From Brevibacterium sp. (GTDB lineage Bacteria; Actinomycetota; Actinomycetes; Actinomycetales; Brevibacteriaceae): DNA of 64,000 bases. The notes under the pieces were generated by a model that worked only from the letters and a program-made list of their open reading frames with translations, was not told where the DNA came from and ran no database searches. The stretch is taken from NCBI GenBank assembly GCA_031179165.1, contig JAPSIC010000002.1, positions 3,423 to 67,422 of the forward strand, read 5' to 3'. A program made the position numbers and the translations under genes. Below, one piece after another: positions 38,905 to 48,267 of this stretch. How positions within the stretch are numbered: position 1 is the first letter of the stretch; each line of letters begins with the position of its first letter.

Positions 38905-40824
38905 TCAGCGGTTCGCGATGCGACCGCCGGCGAGGACCATCTCGACCTGCCGGGTCGAGAGCCGGTGGCGGAATTCGTAGGAGCGACCGTCCACCTCGGC
39001 GGTCATGGTCGGGGAGTTCGCGAGCTGCTCGCGCAGGTTGCGGAACTCGAGGACATCGCCCTGCTCGAGGGACTCGTAGGCGGAATCCTCGACGAACTCC
39101 AGGGCCAGGACCCCGAAGTTGGCGAGGTTCTGCCAGTGGATGCGGGCCATGGACTTGGCGATGACGACGCGCAGCCCCAGGTAGCGGGGAGCGATCACGG
39201 CATGCTCGCGCGATGAGCCCTGACCGTAGTTCTCACCGCCGATGATCGCGTGACCGCCCTCGATCGCCGCCGCCCGCTCCGCATAGGTGGGATCGACCTG
39301 GGTGAAGGTGAACTCGGAGATCTTCGGGATGTTGCTGCGGAAGGGCAGAACCCGGGAGCCGGCGGGCAGGATCTCGTCGGTGGAGATGTTGTCGCCGACC
39401 TTGAGCGCGATCGGCAGGTCGATGTCCTCGGGCAACGGGTCGAAATCGGGCAGGGACGAGATGTTCGACCCCTTGACCAGCTCCACCTCGCGTGCCTCCG
39501 CGGGCGGCAGGGGTGGGATGAGCATGGAGCGGTTGGCGGAGAACCTCTCCGGCAGCCGCACCTGCGGATATTCCATGTCGAGGTCCCGCGGGTCGGTGAT
39601 CCGCCCGGTGAGAGCGGCCGCCGCCGCTGTTTCGGGCGAGCACAGCCAGACCGAGTCCTCGTCCGTGCCCGAGCGGCCGGGGAAGTTGCGCGGCATCGTG
39701 CGCAGGCTGTTGCGACCCTGGGCCGGTGCCTCGCCCATGCCGATGCATCCCATGCAGCCGGACTGGTGGATCCGTGCCCCGGCGGCGACGAGCTTCGTCA
39801 GCCAGCCGCCGGCGATGAGGTCGGCGAGGACTTCGCGGGAGGTGGGGTTGATGTCGAGGGAGACCTGCCGATGCGCCTGGGCGCCGTCGAGGATCTCGGC
39901 GACCACCGCGAAGTCCCGCAGTCCTGGGTTCGCCGAGGAGCCGACGACCACCTGGAACACCTCCTCCCCGGCGCATTCGCGGACAGGGCGGACATTGCCC
40001 GGCGACGAGGGCGCGGCGATGAGCGGTTCGAGGGTCGAGAGGTCGATCGCGTCGTGGTGGTCGTAGGTCGCACCCTCGTCGGCGACGATCTCGGTGAAGT
40101 CGTCACCGCGGTCGGAGGCGTCGAGGTAGCGGCGGACCTCCTCGTCGGCGGGGAAGACCGTGGTGGTCGCACCGAGCTCGGCGCCCATGTTCGCGATCAC
40201 GTGGCGGTCCATCGCCGTGAGGGTCTGCAGCCCGTCACCGTAGTACTCGATGATCCGCCCGACACCACCCTTGACCCCGTGCCGACGCAGCATCTCGAGG
40301 ATCACATCCTTGGCCGACACCCAGGGCGGAAGCTCGCCGGTGAGTTCGACCCCCATGATCTCGGGCATATCGATGTAGAGAGGATCACCGGCCATCGCCA
40401 TCGCGACCTCGAGGCCGCCGACGCCGACGGCGAGCATGCCCAGCGCGCCGGCCGCGCAGGTGTGGGAGTCGGAGCCGACCATGGTCACTCCCGGACGGCC
40501 GAAGCGCGATTGGTGGACCGGGTGGGAGACGCCGTTGCCGGCGGGGGAGTACCACAGGCCGAACCGGGCGGCCGCGGACCTGAGGAAGATGTGGTCCTCG
40601 GAGTTCTTCTCATCCGTCTGCAGCAGGTTGTGATCGACGTACTGCACGGAGGTCTCGGTCTCCACCCGCTCGAGGCCGAGGGCTTCGAGCTCGAGCATGA
40701 CCAGAGTGCCCGTTGCATCCTGCGTCAGGGTGTGGTCGATGCGCACGGCGATCTCCTCGCCGGGGGTCATCGACCCGGACTCGAGATGGGAGCTGATGAG
40801 TTTCTCTGCGACATTCTGTGCCAT
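38905..40824 (-). CDS. Aconitate hydratase (short, ~640-aa type)
   Basis: TQDATG, YVDHN, GSDSHT, GCMGCIGMG, RNFPGR, ISTDEI, NYGQGSSREHA. Confidence 0.9.
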   Translation of the reverse strand: MAQNVAEKLISSHLESGSMTPGEEIAVRIDHTLTQDATGTLVMLELEALGLERVETETSVQYVDHNLLQTDEKNSEDHIFLRSAAARFGLWYSPAGNGVSHPVHQSRFGRPGVTMVGSDSHTCAAGALGMLAVGVGGLEVAMAMAGDPLYIDMPEIMGVELTGELPPWVSAKDVILEMLRRHGVKGGVGRIIEYYGDGLQTLTAMDRHVIANMGAELGATTTVFPADEEVRRYLDASDRGDDFTEIVADEGATYDHHDAIDLSTLEPLIAAPSSPGNVRPVRECAGEEVFQVVVGSSANPGLRDFAVVAEILDGAQAHRQVSLDINPTSREVLADLIAGGWLTKLVAAGARIHQSGCMGCIGMGEAPAQGRNSLRTMPRNFPGRSGTDEDSVWLCSPETAAAAALTGRITDPRDLDMEYPQVRLPERFSANRSMLIPPLPPAEAREVELVKGSNISSLPDFDPLPEDIDLPIALKVGDNISTDEILPAGSRVLPFRSNIPKISEFTFTQVDPTYAERAAAIEGGHAIIGGENYGQGSSREHAVIAPRYLGLRVVIAKSMARIHWQNLANFGVLALEFVEDSAYESLEQGDVLEFRNLREQLANSPTMTAEVDGRSYEFRHRLSTRQVEMVLAGGRIANR

Positions 40825-40964
40825 CGTCTACCACCTTCAGAAGCGAGCATGGCGGGTCCACACAAGTAGTCCATTCACGCTAGTCCAGTCCCCGGGTGAG
40901 GACAAGGGCACCGATCGACACGCAGGCCCCTCCAACCAGAGCCGGTCCGCCGGACCGCAGCGTC

Positions 40965-41852
40965 TCAGGCCTCCGGCAGAACCTCCCGCACGATCTCGAG
41001 GACTCGTCCCAGCGCCGTCGACGGGTTGTTCCGCCGCCACCCGAGGGCGAGCGGGAACGCATCAGCCCCCTCGGCGAGCCGGACGTAGCTGACGCCGTCG
41101 ATGCGGATGTGATCCGAGGACTCGACGACGATGGCGATGCCCACATGCGCGCCGACGAGCGCGAGCATGCTGTAGGGGTCGGGAGCCTCCTGGTCGATGT
41201 GCGGAAGGAACCCGGCCTCATCGGCTAGACGCATCAGCGCCTCCCTGACCTGTGAGCCGTGCGAGGGGGCATAGGAGATGAACGGCTGGTCGGCCAGCTC
41301 GGCGATGCTCACCTCGTCCCGGCCGGCGAATTCGTGGTCGGCGGGAACGGCCAGCATGACGCGTTCCTGCCGGATGACATGGACGTCGATGCCCGCCGGG
41401 GCCGGTGGACTGATGACCGCGAGGTCGAGCAGGCCGTCCCGGACGGCCAGCGCCGCCTCGCCGGAATAGGTCTGGGGACGCAGCACGAGCTCGATGCCGG
41501 GCTGGCGCCGGGCGACCTCGCGGGCGAGGAGGGAGAGGATGGAATAGCCGCTCGAGCCGCCGAAGCCGAACTGGACCCGCCCGACGACACCCTGCTGGGC
41601 GGCCCGGGCGATGCGCCTGGCACCCGCCACCTGCGCCTGAATGGATCGAGAGGGCTCGAGCAGGGCTTCTCCGGACGCCGTGAGCCGGACCCGGCGCGTG
41701 GTCCGCTCGAACAGCGCCACCCCCAATTCCCTCTCCAGGGACCGGATCATCTGACTCAGGGCCGGCTGGGCGATCTGGAGCTTCTCGGCGGCACGGCCGA
41801 AGTGGAGCTCTTCGGCGACCGCGATGAACGCGGAGAAGTGGCGCAGATCCAT
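40965..41852 (-). CDS. LysR family regulator
   Basis: MDLRHF..FIAVAEELHFGRAA..L.IAQPALS. Confidence 0.92.
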   Translation of the reverse strand: MDLRHFSAFIAVAEELHFGRAAEKLQIAQPALSQMIRSLERELGVALFERTTRRVRLTASGEALLEPSRSIQAQVAGARRIARAAQQGVVGRVQFGFGGSSGYSILSLLAREVARRQPGIELVLRPQTYSGEAALAVRDGLLDLAVISPPAPAGIDVHVIRQERVMLAVPADHEFAGRDEVSIAELADQPFISYAPSHGSQVREALMRLADEAGFLPHIDQEAPDPYSMLALVGAHVGIAIVVESSDHIRIDGVSYVRLAEGADAFPLALGWRRNNPSTALGRVLEIVREVLPEA

Positions 41853-41996
41853 GTGTCCGGCCTTCCTCGTCGGATTGATAAGAATATGCCAATAATACCG
41901 ACTGGATTGGGCATTGGACTTGTCTTGATCGGAGTGGGAAGCTGACTCCCAGACCACGACCGATCCTTGCGCGAGAGCGCTGACAGGAGCCCACCG

Positions 41997-43169
41997 ATGA
42001 CCACCACCGGCAACCCCTCCGACCTCCTCGACCTCGACGGGCTGTTCTCGGACTCCGAGCGAGAGTTCCGGGACACCGTGCGCGACTTCGTCGACGCCCG
42101 GATCCGGCCGAACATCGCCGAGTGGTACGAGAACGCGGTCTTCCCCGTCGACCTCGTCCCCGAGATGGGGGAGCTGGGACTGCTCGGCATGCACCTCGAG
42201 GGCTATGGCTGTCCGGGACGCTCGGCCGTCGAATACGGCCTCGCCGCGCTCGAGCTCGAGGCCGGGGACTCCGGCATCCGCACCTTCGTGTCCGTCCAGG
42301 GGTCGCTGGCGATGTCGGCGATCCACAAGTTCGGATCGGAGGAGCAGAAGACGACGTACCTGCCGGGGATGGCGAAGGGGGAGATCATCGGCTGCTTCGG
42401 CCTGACCGAGCCCACCGCCGGATCCGACCCGTCCTCGATGGCCACCACCGCACACCGCAGCGCCGACGGCTCGTGGACGCTGACCGGGACGAAGAGGTGG
42501 ATCGGACTCGCCTCGATCGCCGACATCGCGATCATCTGGGCCTCGACCGCCGAGGGGATCCGAGGGTTCATCGTTCCCACCGACAGCGCGGGCTTCAGTG
42601 CGACCCCGATCGAACCGAAGCTGTCGATGCGGGCCTCGATCCAATGCGACATCACCCTCGACGAGGTCAGGCTTCCCGCCGAGGCGATCCTGCCCGATGC
42701 CGCCGGCCTGAAAGGGCCGTTCTCCTGCCTCAACGAGGCCCGGTACGGGATAATGTGGGGCGCGATGGGCGCCGCCCGCGACTCCTTCGAGGTGGCCCTG
42801 CGGTACTCACAGGAGCGGATGCAGTTCGACAAGCCGCTGGCCGGCTACCAGCTCAGCCAGGAGAAGCTCGTCGATATGGCACTCGAGATCCAGAAGGGCA
42901 TCCTCATCGCCGAGCGGACCGGACGACTCAAGGACGCAGGGACCCTGGATCCCGTGCAGATCTCGGTGGGCAAGCTCAACAACTGCCGGGAGGCGATCGC
43001 CATCTGCCGGGAGGCCAGGACGATGCTCGGCGGCAACGGGATCACCCTCGAGCACTCGCCCCTGCGGCACGCGAACAACCTCGAGTCCGTGCGCACCTAC
43101 GAGGGCACGGATGAGGTCCACACGCTCATCCTCGGTCGCCACATCACCGGCGAGCAGGCCTTCCGCTGA
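41997..43169 (+). CDS. Acyl-CoA dehydrogenase (glutaryl-CoA dehydrogenase-like)
   Basis: GCFGLTEP, KLSMRAS, CLNEARYGI, LGGNG, TYEGT. Confidence 0.9.
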   Translation: MTTTGNPSDLLDLDGLFSDSEREFRDTVRDFVDARIRPNIAEWYENAVFPVDLVPEMGELGLLGMHLEGYGCPGRSAVEYGLAALELEAGDSGIRTFVSVQGSLAMSAIHKFGSEEQKTTYLPGMAKGEIIGCFGLTEPTAGSDPSSMATTAHRSADGSWTLTGTKRWIGLASIADIAIIWASTAEGIRGFIVPTDSAGFSATPIEPKLSMRASIQCDITLDEVRLPAEAILPDAAGLKGPFSCLNEARYGIMWGAMGAARDSFEVALRYSQERMQFDKPLAGYQLSQEKLVDMALEIQKGILIAERTGRLKDAGTLDPVQISVGKLNNCREAIAICREARTMLGGNGITLEHSPLRHANNLESVRTYEGTDEVHTLILGRHITGEQAFR

Positions 43170-43261
43170 CGCTCGACCCGGTGTTCAGCTGACGGCCGAT
43201 CCAGGCCCTCCGTTGACGTTCGACCCGGTGTTCAGCTGACGGCGGATCCGGGTTCTCCGCT
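43162..43261 (+). repeat. 47-bp direct repeat (2 copies) starting at the gene's stop codon
   Basis: tccgYTGAcgYtcgacccggtgttcagctgacggc at 43162 and 43209. Confidence 0.85.
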
Positions 43262-43307
43262 CTGCCGCGCCTGCGACCACGCGAAGGTCGGGTCGGTCGT
43301 ACTGGGC

Positions 43308-44621
43308 TCAGCGCCAGCGCTGCCACGCGGCCTGCCGGCTGACATCGGCGATCTCGGCCACCCGTGCCCAGGAGTTCTGCTCGGCGAGCAGGCGGGCACT
43401 GGTGCCCAGCGCCTCGCCGACCTCCGCGGAGAGATCGATGAGCGCCGAGAACGCGGCGGGATCCGGTGAGTGCGCGAGATCGTGGACCGCTCGCCGAGCG
43501 GTTGCGACGAGCTCGGCGACGGAGTCGATTCCGTTCGGTCCGGCGCCGGTCGAATCGGCCGTCGCCTCGGTGCCGGTCGAATCGGGGGCCGTGCCGACGG
43601 AGTTCGGGGTCGATCCCTGATCCCTTCCCAGGTCGATCGGTTCGGGGGCGGGCTCGTCGAGGCTCACGATGATCATCTCCTCGGTAGAGGTGAGGCTTCG
43701 GGTCCAGCTGCGGGAGCGCCATCGGTATTCGACCTCGCCGCGCAGGGGTCGGTAGATCGCAGTGTACAGGGTGCCGAAGGCATGGGCGTAGTCGCCGCTG
43801 AAGACTCCCGGGCTCAGCATCTCCTCGGCCATCTCCGCAACACCGCACCCCCGGTCCACGGCCGCGGAGAGCTGGTCCTGTCGTTCGACGCTGCGGAAGC
43901 GCCGGGCGTGATCGGGGAAGTCGGGGCGGCGTCCGCGGTGGTTGGTCGCGACGGGATGGTCGGTGACCTCGGGTGCCATTCCGGGACCGACGTAGGCGGT
44001 CACGGACCTCCCCTCGGCGTCGACCATGGTGAGGTTGTAGTACATCGAGACCGGAATCGTCTCGAGTCGGCGCAGTGCCTCCGGGACGTCGCCCGCCACC
44101 TCGAGGAGGAAGCGCACGACCAGGGGAGCGGCGAATCCGTCACCGTCCCCGGGACGTCCGCCGAAGGCGAGCGACACAGCGAGCCCGTCCTCATTCATCC
44201 CGTCGAGGAGTCCCCACAGGCAGTCCGAGGTGCCGATCACCCGGCGCGACCCGTACCGGGTTGAGCTGTGCACGCGCTCGAACAGCTCGAGCCCGTAGTC
44301 GTAGTTGCGCAGCAGTGCAGGCTCGGGGGCGCTGAGGGCGACTTGGGAGCAACCGGGCAGGAAGCGGGGCGGATTCCAGAGGGTGAGCATACGGGCGGCC
44401 GTCTCATCGCCGCCGGCGAGGTCGACGAGTCGTCTCCAGGTGGGGACCAGCTCGGGCATGTGCTCGCGGAGTCTGGCCCCTGCGGTCTCCAGGTCTGGTC
44501 GGGCCCAGTCGCCGTCTTGGAGGTACCAGGCACGGTAGGCGGGCCACACGCTGTCGAACAGGGCTTTCCACCGGGTCGAGGGTCGGTCTTCGGTGATTCC
44601 GTAGAACGTGAATGAAGTCAT
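43308..44621 (-). CDS. C45-family Ntn-hydrolase/acyltransferase fused to a C-terminal HTH
   Basis: PG|CSQ autocleavage site, LRNYDY, LDGMNEDGLAVSL, ATNH; C-terminal SWARVAEIADVSRQAAWQRW. Confidence 0.8.
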   Translation of the reverse strand: MTSFTFYGITEDRPSTRWKALFDSVWPAYRAWYLQDGDWARPDLETAGARLREHMPELVPTWRRLVDLAGGDETAARMLTLWNPPRFLPGCSQVALSAPEPALLRNYDYGLELFERVHSSTRYGSRRVIGTSDCLWGLLDGMNEDGLAVSLAFGGRPGDGDGFAAPLVVRFLLEVAGDVPEALRRLETIPVSMYYNLTMVDAEGRSVTAYVGPGMAPEVTDHPVATNHRGRRPDFPDHARRFRSVERQDQLSAAVDRGCGVAEMAEEMLSPGVFSGDYAHAFGTLYTAIYRPLRGEVEYRWRSRSWTRSLTSTEEMIIVSLDEPAPEPIDLGRDQGSTPNSVGTAPDSTGTEATADSTGAGPNGIDSVAELVATARRAVHDLAHSPDPAAFSALIDLSAEVGEALGTSARLLAEQNSWARVAEIADVSRQAAWQRWR

Positions 44622-44671
44622 GTGTCAAGGTTAGGTTGACACGAAGGCGGGTGTCAAGAAAATCTTGACGA
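44622..44671 (-). promoter_or_regulatory. SigA-type leaderless promoter (TTGACA-N18-TAACCT) overlapped by two GTGTCAA-N7-TTGAC palindromes
   Basis: gtgtcaaggttaggttgacac (44622-44642) and gtgtcaagaaaatcttgacga (44651-44671); -10 is 6 nt from the ATG. Confidence 0.8.
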
Positions 44672-44841
44672 CTCAATCCCGCACACTCCGCCGAGGAGGC
44701 GCTGAAACAGCCGAGGACCCTCACATCAGGTGGGGGTCCTCGGTGCGTCGTCGGCCGCTCGCGGTCGATTCATCCCGCTGCCCCGGGTCAGCGGACCTCG
44801 CTTCACACGAGCTCGCGTCGGCCTTCGAGGGCAGGGGTTGG

Positions 44842-45231
44842 TCAGTACTCGTCGTCGATGACCTCGGGCATGCCGTCGATGACGTCGACATCCTCGATGT
44901 CGTCGTCGGCCAGGGCGTCGACATTGAGGTCGTCGCCAGCGAGCTCGGCGACTTCTGCCTCGTCCTCCCCGTCGGAGGTCATCTCATCGCCGTCCCGATT
45001 GCCCTGTTCGGCGGCAGACGTCTCGTCCACGGACAGCTCATCCGGCACGCCGGGAGCATTGTCGTCGATCATCTCCGGGTCACCCTCGGCCGAGTCCGTG
45101 TCTTCAAGGAGCGCGTCGTCCGCGCCTTCGATTCCGGTCCCGACCGGCCCTTCGGCACCGGGCTCGACGTAGGGTTCTTCGACGTCGGGATCGCCCTGCA
45201 CGTCCATCGGGTCCATGGGGTTCTCGGTCAT
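44842..45231 (-). CDS. Extremely acidic hypothetical protein (129 aa)
   Basis: GAGGAG RBS; about 37% D+E by hand count, one Arg, no Lys. Confidence 0.7.
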   Translation of the reverse strand: MTENPMDPMDVQGDPDVEEPYVEPGAEGPVGTGIEGADDALLEDTDSAEGDPEMIDDNAPGVPDELSVDETSAAEQGNRDGDEMTSDGEDEAEVAELAGDDLNVDALADDDIEDVDVIDGMPEVIDDEY

Positions 45232-45376
45232 GGTCGCTCCTCTGCTGTCATCGATCGGTGCCGGCCTGTCGGCCGGGCGTGGTCGGAACCTCATTGTTGC
45301 ATGGGGTCGTGGGTCCCGGCAGAAGGACTTCGTGCCGCAGTTGCGGCACCGGCGCCGCGTCGGGGCCGGAAAAGAG

Positions 45377-45410
45377 AAATGCCGCGAGATCGATCGATCT
45401 CGCGGCATTT
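45377..45410 (-). terminator. Terminator of the tRNA cluster (perfect 34-bp palindrome)
   Basis: aaatgccgcgagatcgatcgatctcgcggcattt followed by CTCTTTT on the minus strand. Confidence 0.8.
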
Positions 45411-45416
45411 GGACAG

Positions 45417-45493
45417 TGGCGACCCTGACGGGACTCGAACCCGCGACCTCCGCCGTGACAGGGCGGCGCGCTAACCAACTGCGCTACAGGGCC
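45417..45493 (-). tRNA. tRNA-Asp(GTC), CCA encoded
   Basis: GGCCCTGTAGCGCAGTTGG...CTGTCAC...GGTTCGAGTCCC...GGGTCGCCA. Confidence 0.95.
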
Positions 45494-45601
45494 TGGCATC
45501 GCAGGGCCACCCGGTCGGCCGCGGCAATGACTGGCATTGACCGCAGCAGACCGAATGCCCTGCGAACGAGAGGAGCCCTCGGAAATCCGAGGGCTCCCAT
45601 C

Positions 45602-45677
45602 TGGTGGCTCCGACCGGCGTCGATCCGGTGACCTTTCGATTTTCAGTCGAACGCTCTACCAACTGAGCTACAGAGCC
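45602..45677 (-). tRNA. tRNA-Phe(GAA)
   Basis: GGCTCTGTAGCTCAGTTGGTAGAGC...CTGAAAA...GGAGCCACCA. Confidence 0.95.
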
Positions 45678-45745
45678 GAACTGCTGACTCGCCAAGACGA
45701 GTCGGGAGAAACAAAGGCTCTTCCGAGGAAGAGCCTTGTGCTCCG

Positions 45746-45819
45746 CGACCCTGACGGGACTCGAACCCGCGACCTCCGCCGTGACAGGGCGGCGCGCTAA
45801 CCAACTGCGCTACAGGGCC
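45746..45819 (-). tRNA. tRNA-Asp(GTC), no encoded CCA
   Basis: Body identical to 45420-45493. Confidence 0.95.
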
Positions 45820-45854
45820 TTGCTTGTGATCCACGATCTCTCGATCCTGTATCG

Positions 45855-45927
<73 letters not shown>

Positions 45928-46087
45928 CTTCGGTTCCCCCGGGTCCTCCCTGGGCAACGACGTTAAGCTTATCCCAATCTTTTCGATGAATGCAAAGTGA
46001 GATCGCGTGTCGCGCCTCACATTTCGCCTCCGTGGCAACTGTGACCGCGCACGGGGGCGAGGCCGGGGCAGCGGTTAGAGTGGCGGC

Positions 46088-46435
46088 ATGGAACACCTCA
46101 GTGAAGAAGAGTTCGAGGCGATCCTCGAAGCCGCTCTCAACGATCTTCCCGCGGGCGTCACGGATGAACTCGACAACGTCGCTCTCTTCATCGAGGACGA
46201 ACCCGAGGACGGCAACACCTCTCTGCTGGGGCTGTACGAGGGCACCCCGGTGGGGGAGAGAGGGCAGGCCGGCTTCGAACTTCCCGACACCATCTTCCTC
46301 TACCGCAACAACCTCATCGCCTTCGCCGAGGATCGAGAGCATCTCCGGCGCGAGATCGTCATCACGATCGTCCACGAGATCGCCCACTTCTACGGAATCG
46401 ACGACGACCGGCTCCACGAGATCGGCTGGGGCTGA
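46088..46435 (+). CDS. Zincin-like minimal metallopeptidase family protein
   Basis: LLGLYEG.P, LPD.I.LYR, HEIAHFYG; leaderless (TAGAGT 6 nt upstream). Confidence 0.88.
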   Translation: MEHLSEEEFEAILEAALNDLPAGVTDELDNVALFIEDEPEDGNTSLLGLYEGTPVGERGQAGFELPDTIFLYRNNLIAFAEDREHLRREIVITIVHEIAHFYGIDDDRLHEIGWG

Positions 46436-46941
46436 GCGCGAGGCTCCCGGGGCAGGACTCCGTCCGACACCTGCATCGAGCCCGCGGCGGGAATCGCCGT
46501 CCGGCACCATGCACCGGCCCGCAGCGCGAGGCTCCGTCCGACGCCATGCGTCTGGCAAGGTGCCTGTCCTCAGCCCGGACCCGCGGCGAGCTCCGTCGAC
46601 GCGGGCCCGGTGCACCCGCGAGCGCGTCCGGTTTCCTGCTGTGCCCGAGACCGGTCTGTGCTGCTTCCGCGGCCAGGGGCAGTGCGACCTGGGCTGATGC
46701 GGTCGGCTGCCCTCGCGTGGTGCTCATGCTCGGGTCGCGCTGTCGACTGCGGCGGAATCGACGCTCTTCGCGTTACCGAACGGTCGACAGACGGCGCAAA
46801 GATTGGCGTTCGCGCGCGCATTTCGCCTATTGTGGCTAGGTACCCACAGCATTCGAAACTACGTTCCGTCCGTATCGAAGCTCACATGCCTCGCAGTGCG
46901 AAGCAGATGCGCCGAGTGCGGACAGGAGGCACGACCCCTAT

Positions 46942-47442
46942 ATGACAGTCGCATCCAGAACGACCAGCGCAGCTACCCCGGCGGTGCGTGTTCTCAACCT
47001 GGCGGGGATCGACTACTCCCTGCACAGTTTCGACCACGACCCCAGCACCCGTCGCTATGGTTCCGAAGCAGCGGACAAGCTCGGGGTCGGCTCCGACCGA
47101 GTCTTCAAGACCCTCATGATCCAGGTCGACGGGGAACCGGTGACAGCGCTCGTCCCGGTGTCCGGTCAGCTCGACCTCAAGGCCCTGGCCTCTGCGCGCA
47201 ACGCGAAGAAGGCCCAGTTGGCAGGCGTCGCCGAAACCGAGCGCCGGACGGGCTATCCGGTCGGTGGGGTCTCACCGTTCGGCCAGCGCAATGCCGTCCC
47301 GGTCGTCATCGACCGGACCGCACTCGAGCATTCCTCCGTCTTCGTCTCCGCAGGCCGCCGCGGACTGGAGATCGAGATCCGACCCGAGGACCTCGTCATG
47401 CTCACCAACGCGCAGGTCGCGAAGATCGCCGCACTCGACTGA
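46942..47442 (+). CDS. ybaK: Cys-tRNA(Pro) deacylase
   Basis: TPA, VFKTL, LDLKALA, TGYPVGGVSPFGQ, SAGRRGLEI. Confidence 0.9.
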   Translation: MTVASRTTSAATPAVRVLNLAGIDYSLHSFDHDPSTRRYGSEAADKLGVGSDRVFKTLMIQVDGEPVTALVPVSGQLDLKALASARNAKKAQLAGVAETERRTGYPVGGVSPFGQRNAVPVVIDRTALEHSSVFVSAGRRGLEIEIRPEDLVMLTNAQVAKIAALD

Positions 47443-47495
47443 CCTCCACACTCGGCTGACCTCCGTACTCGGCTGACCTCCGCCGGCTCGGCTGG
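47433..47495 (+). repeat. 17-bp tandem repeat anchored on the ybaK stop codon
   Basis: actcgRcTGAcctcc at 47433, 47450, 47467. Confidence 0.85.
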
Positions 47496-47540
47496 CTTCG
47501 CAACGACGCCCACTCGGCGCCTCCGCGCCACTCGGCGCAG

Positions 47541-48152
47541 TCAGCACCACTCGACGTCGCCGACGATCGGCTCCGCCCGTCCCGCGGTGAGGTCGGCGAG
47601 CAGCGCCAGGGCGGCGTCCACCTCGGCGACGGGCACCAGCACATCCACGGTCACCGCCGCGCCGTACTCCGCCCGGCACCTCCACCCCCGGTTCCCGGCC
47701 GCCCGCTCCACGGCATTGGCCTGGGCGTAGTCAAGATCCACGGTGACCGGGACGAACTCGTGCCACGTCACGACGCGGACCATGTCCACCGCCGCCGAGG
47801 CGGCCTGACCGTAGGCCCGCACGAGCCCGCCCGCACCGAGCAGGGTTCCCCCGAAGTACCGCGTCACGACTGCGACGACGTAGGTCAGCTCGTGCCCGGT
47901 GAGGACGTCGAGGATCGGGCCGCCCGCGGTTCCTGCGGGCTCGCCGTCGTCGCTGAACCGCCGGGTGCGGGAATCGGGATCGAGGACGAACGCCGTGCAG
48001 TGATGCCGCGCCTTGGGGTGGGCCGATCTGCGGGCGGCGATGACCTCACGGGCCTCGTCCTCGCTGCCGACCGGGGCGACGAGGCCGATGAATCGCGACC
48101 GCTTGATCTCGATCTCGGCTTCCGCTGCGTCTGCGATGGTCCGATACGGCAT
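47541..48152 (-). CDS. YigZ/IMPACT family protein
   Basis: IKRSRF, ARHHC.AF, SDDGEPAGTAG, VTRYFGG.LLGAGGLVRAY. Confidence 0.92.
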   Translation of the reverse strand: MPYRTIADAAEAEIEIKRSRFIGLVAPVGSEDEAREVIAARRSAHPKARHHCTAFVLDPDSRTRRFSDDGEPAGTAGGPILDVLTGHELTYVVAVVTRYFGGTLLGAGGLVRAYGQAASAAVDMVRVVTWHEFVPVTVDLDYAQANAVERAAGNRGWRCRAEYGAAVTVDVLVPVAEVDAALALLADLTAGRAEPIVGDVEWC

Positions 48153-48267
48153 GCCCTCACCCTACCGAACCCGGCCCCGGCCACAGGCGGTGCCCGCTGG
48201 CGTACGATGAGCAGGAGAGGCGCCTTGCGCGCCCGTCATCTCTCCGTTGGCGAAAGGATGGCCGGAT

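Noticed and set aside
38905-40824. Aconitase as AcnX (cis-3-hydroxyproline dehydratase) of the hydroxyproline cluster
   Set aside because: Motifs are those of canonical aconitase (DSHT, CxxCIG, GSSRE), and it is over 600 bp from the cluster
45417-45819. Duplicated tRNA-Asp as attL/attR of an integrated element
   Set aside because: Both copies are full length, only tRNA-Phe lies between them, and there is no integrase nearby
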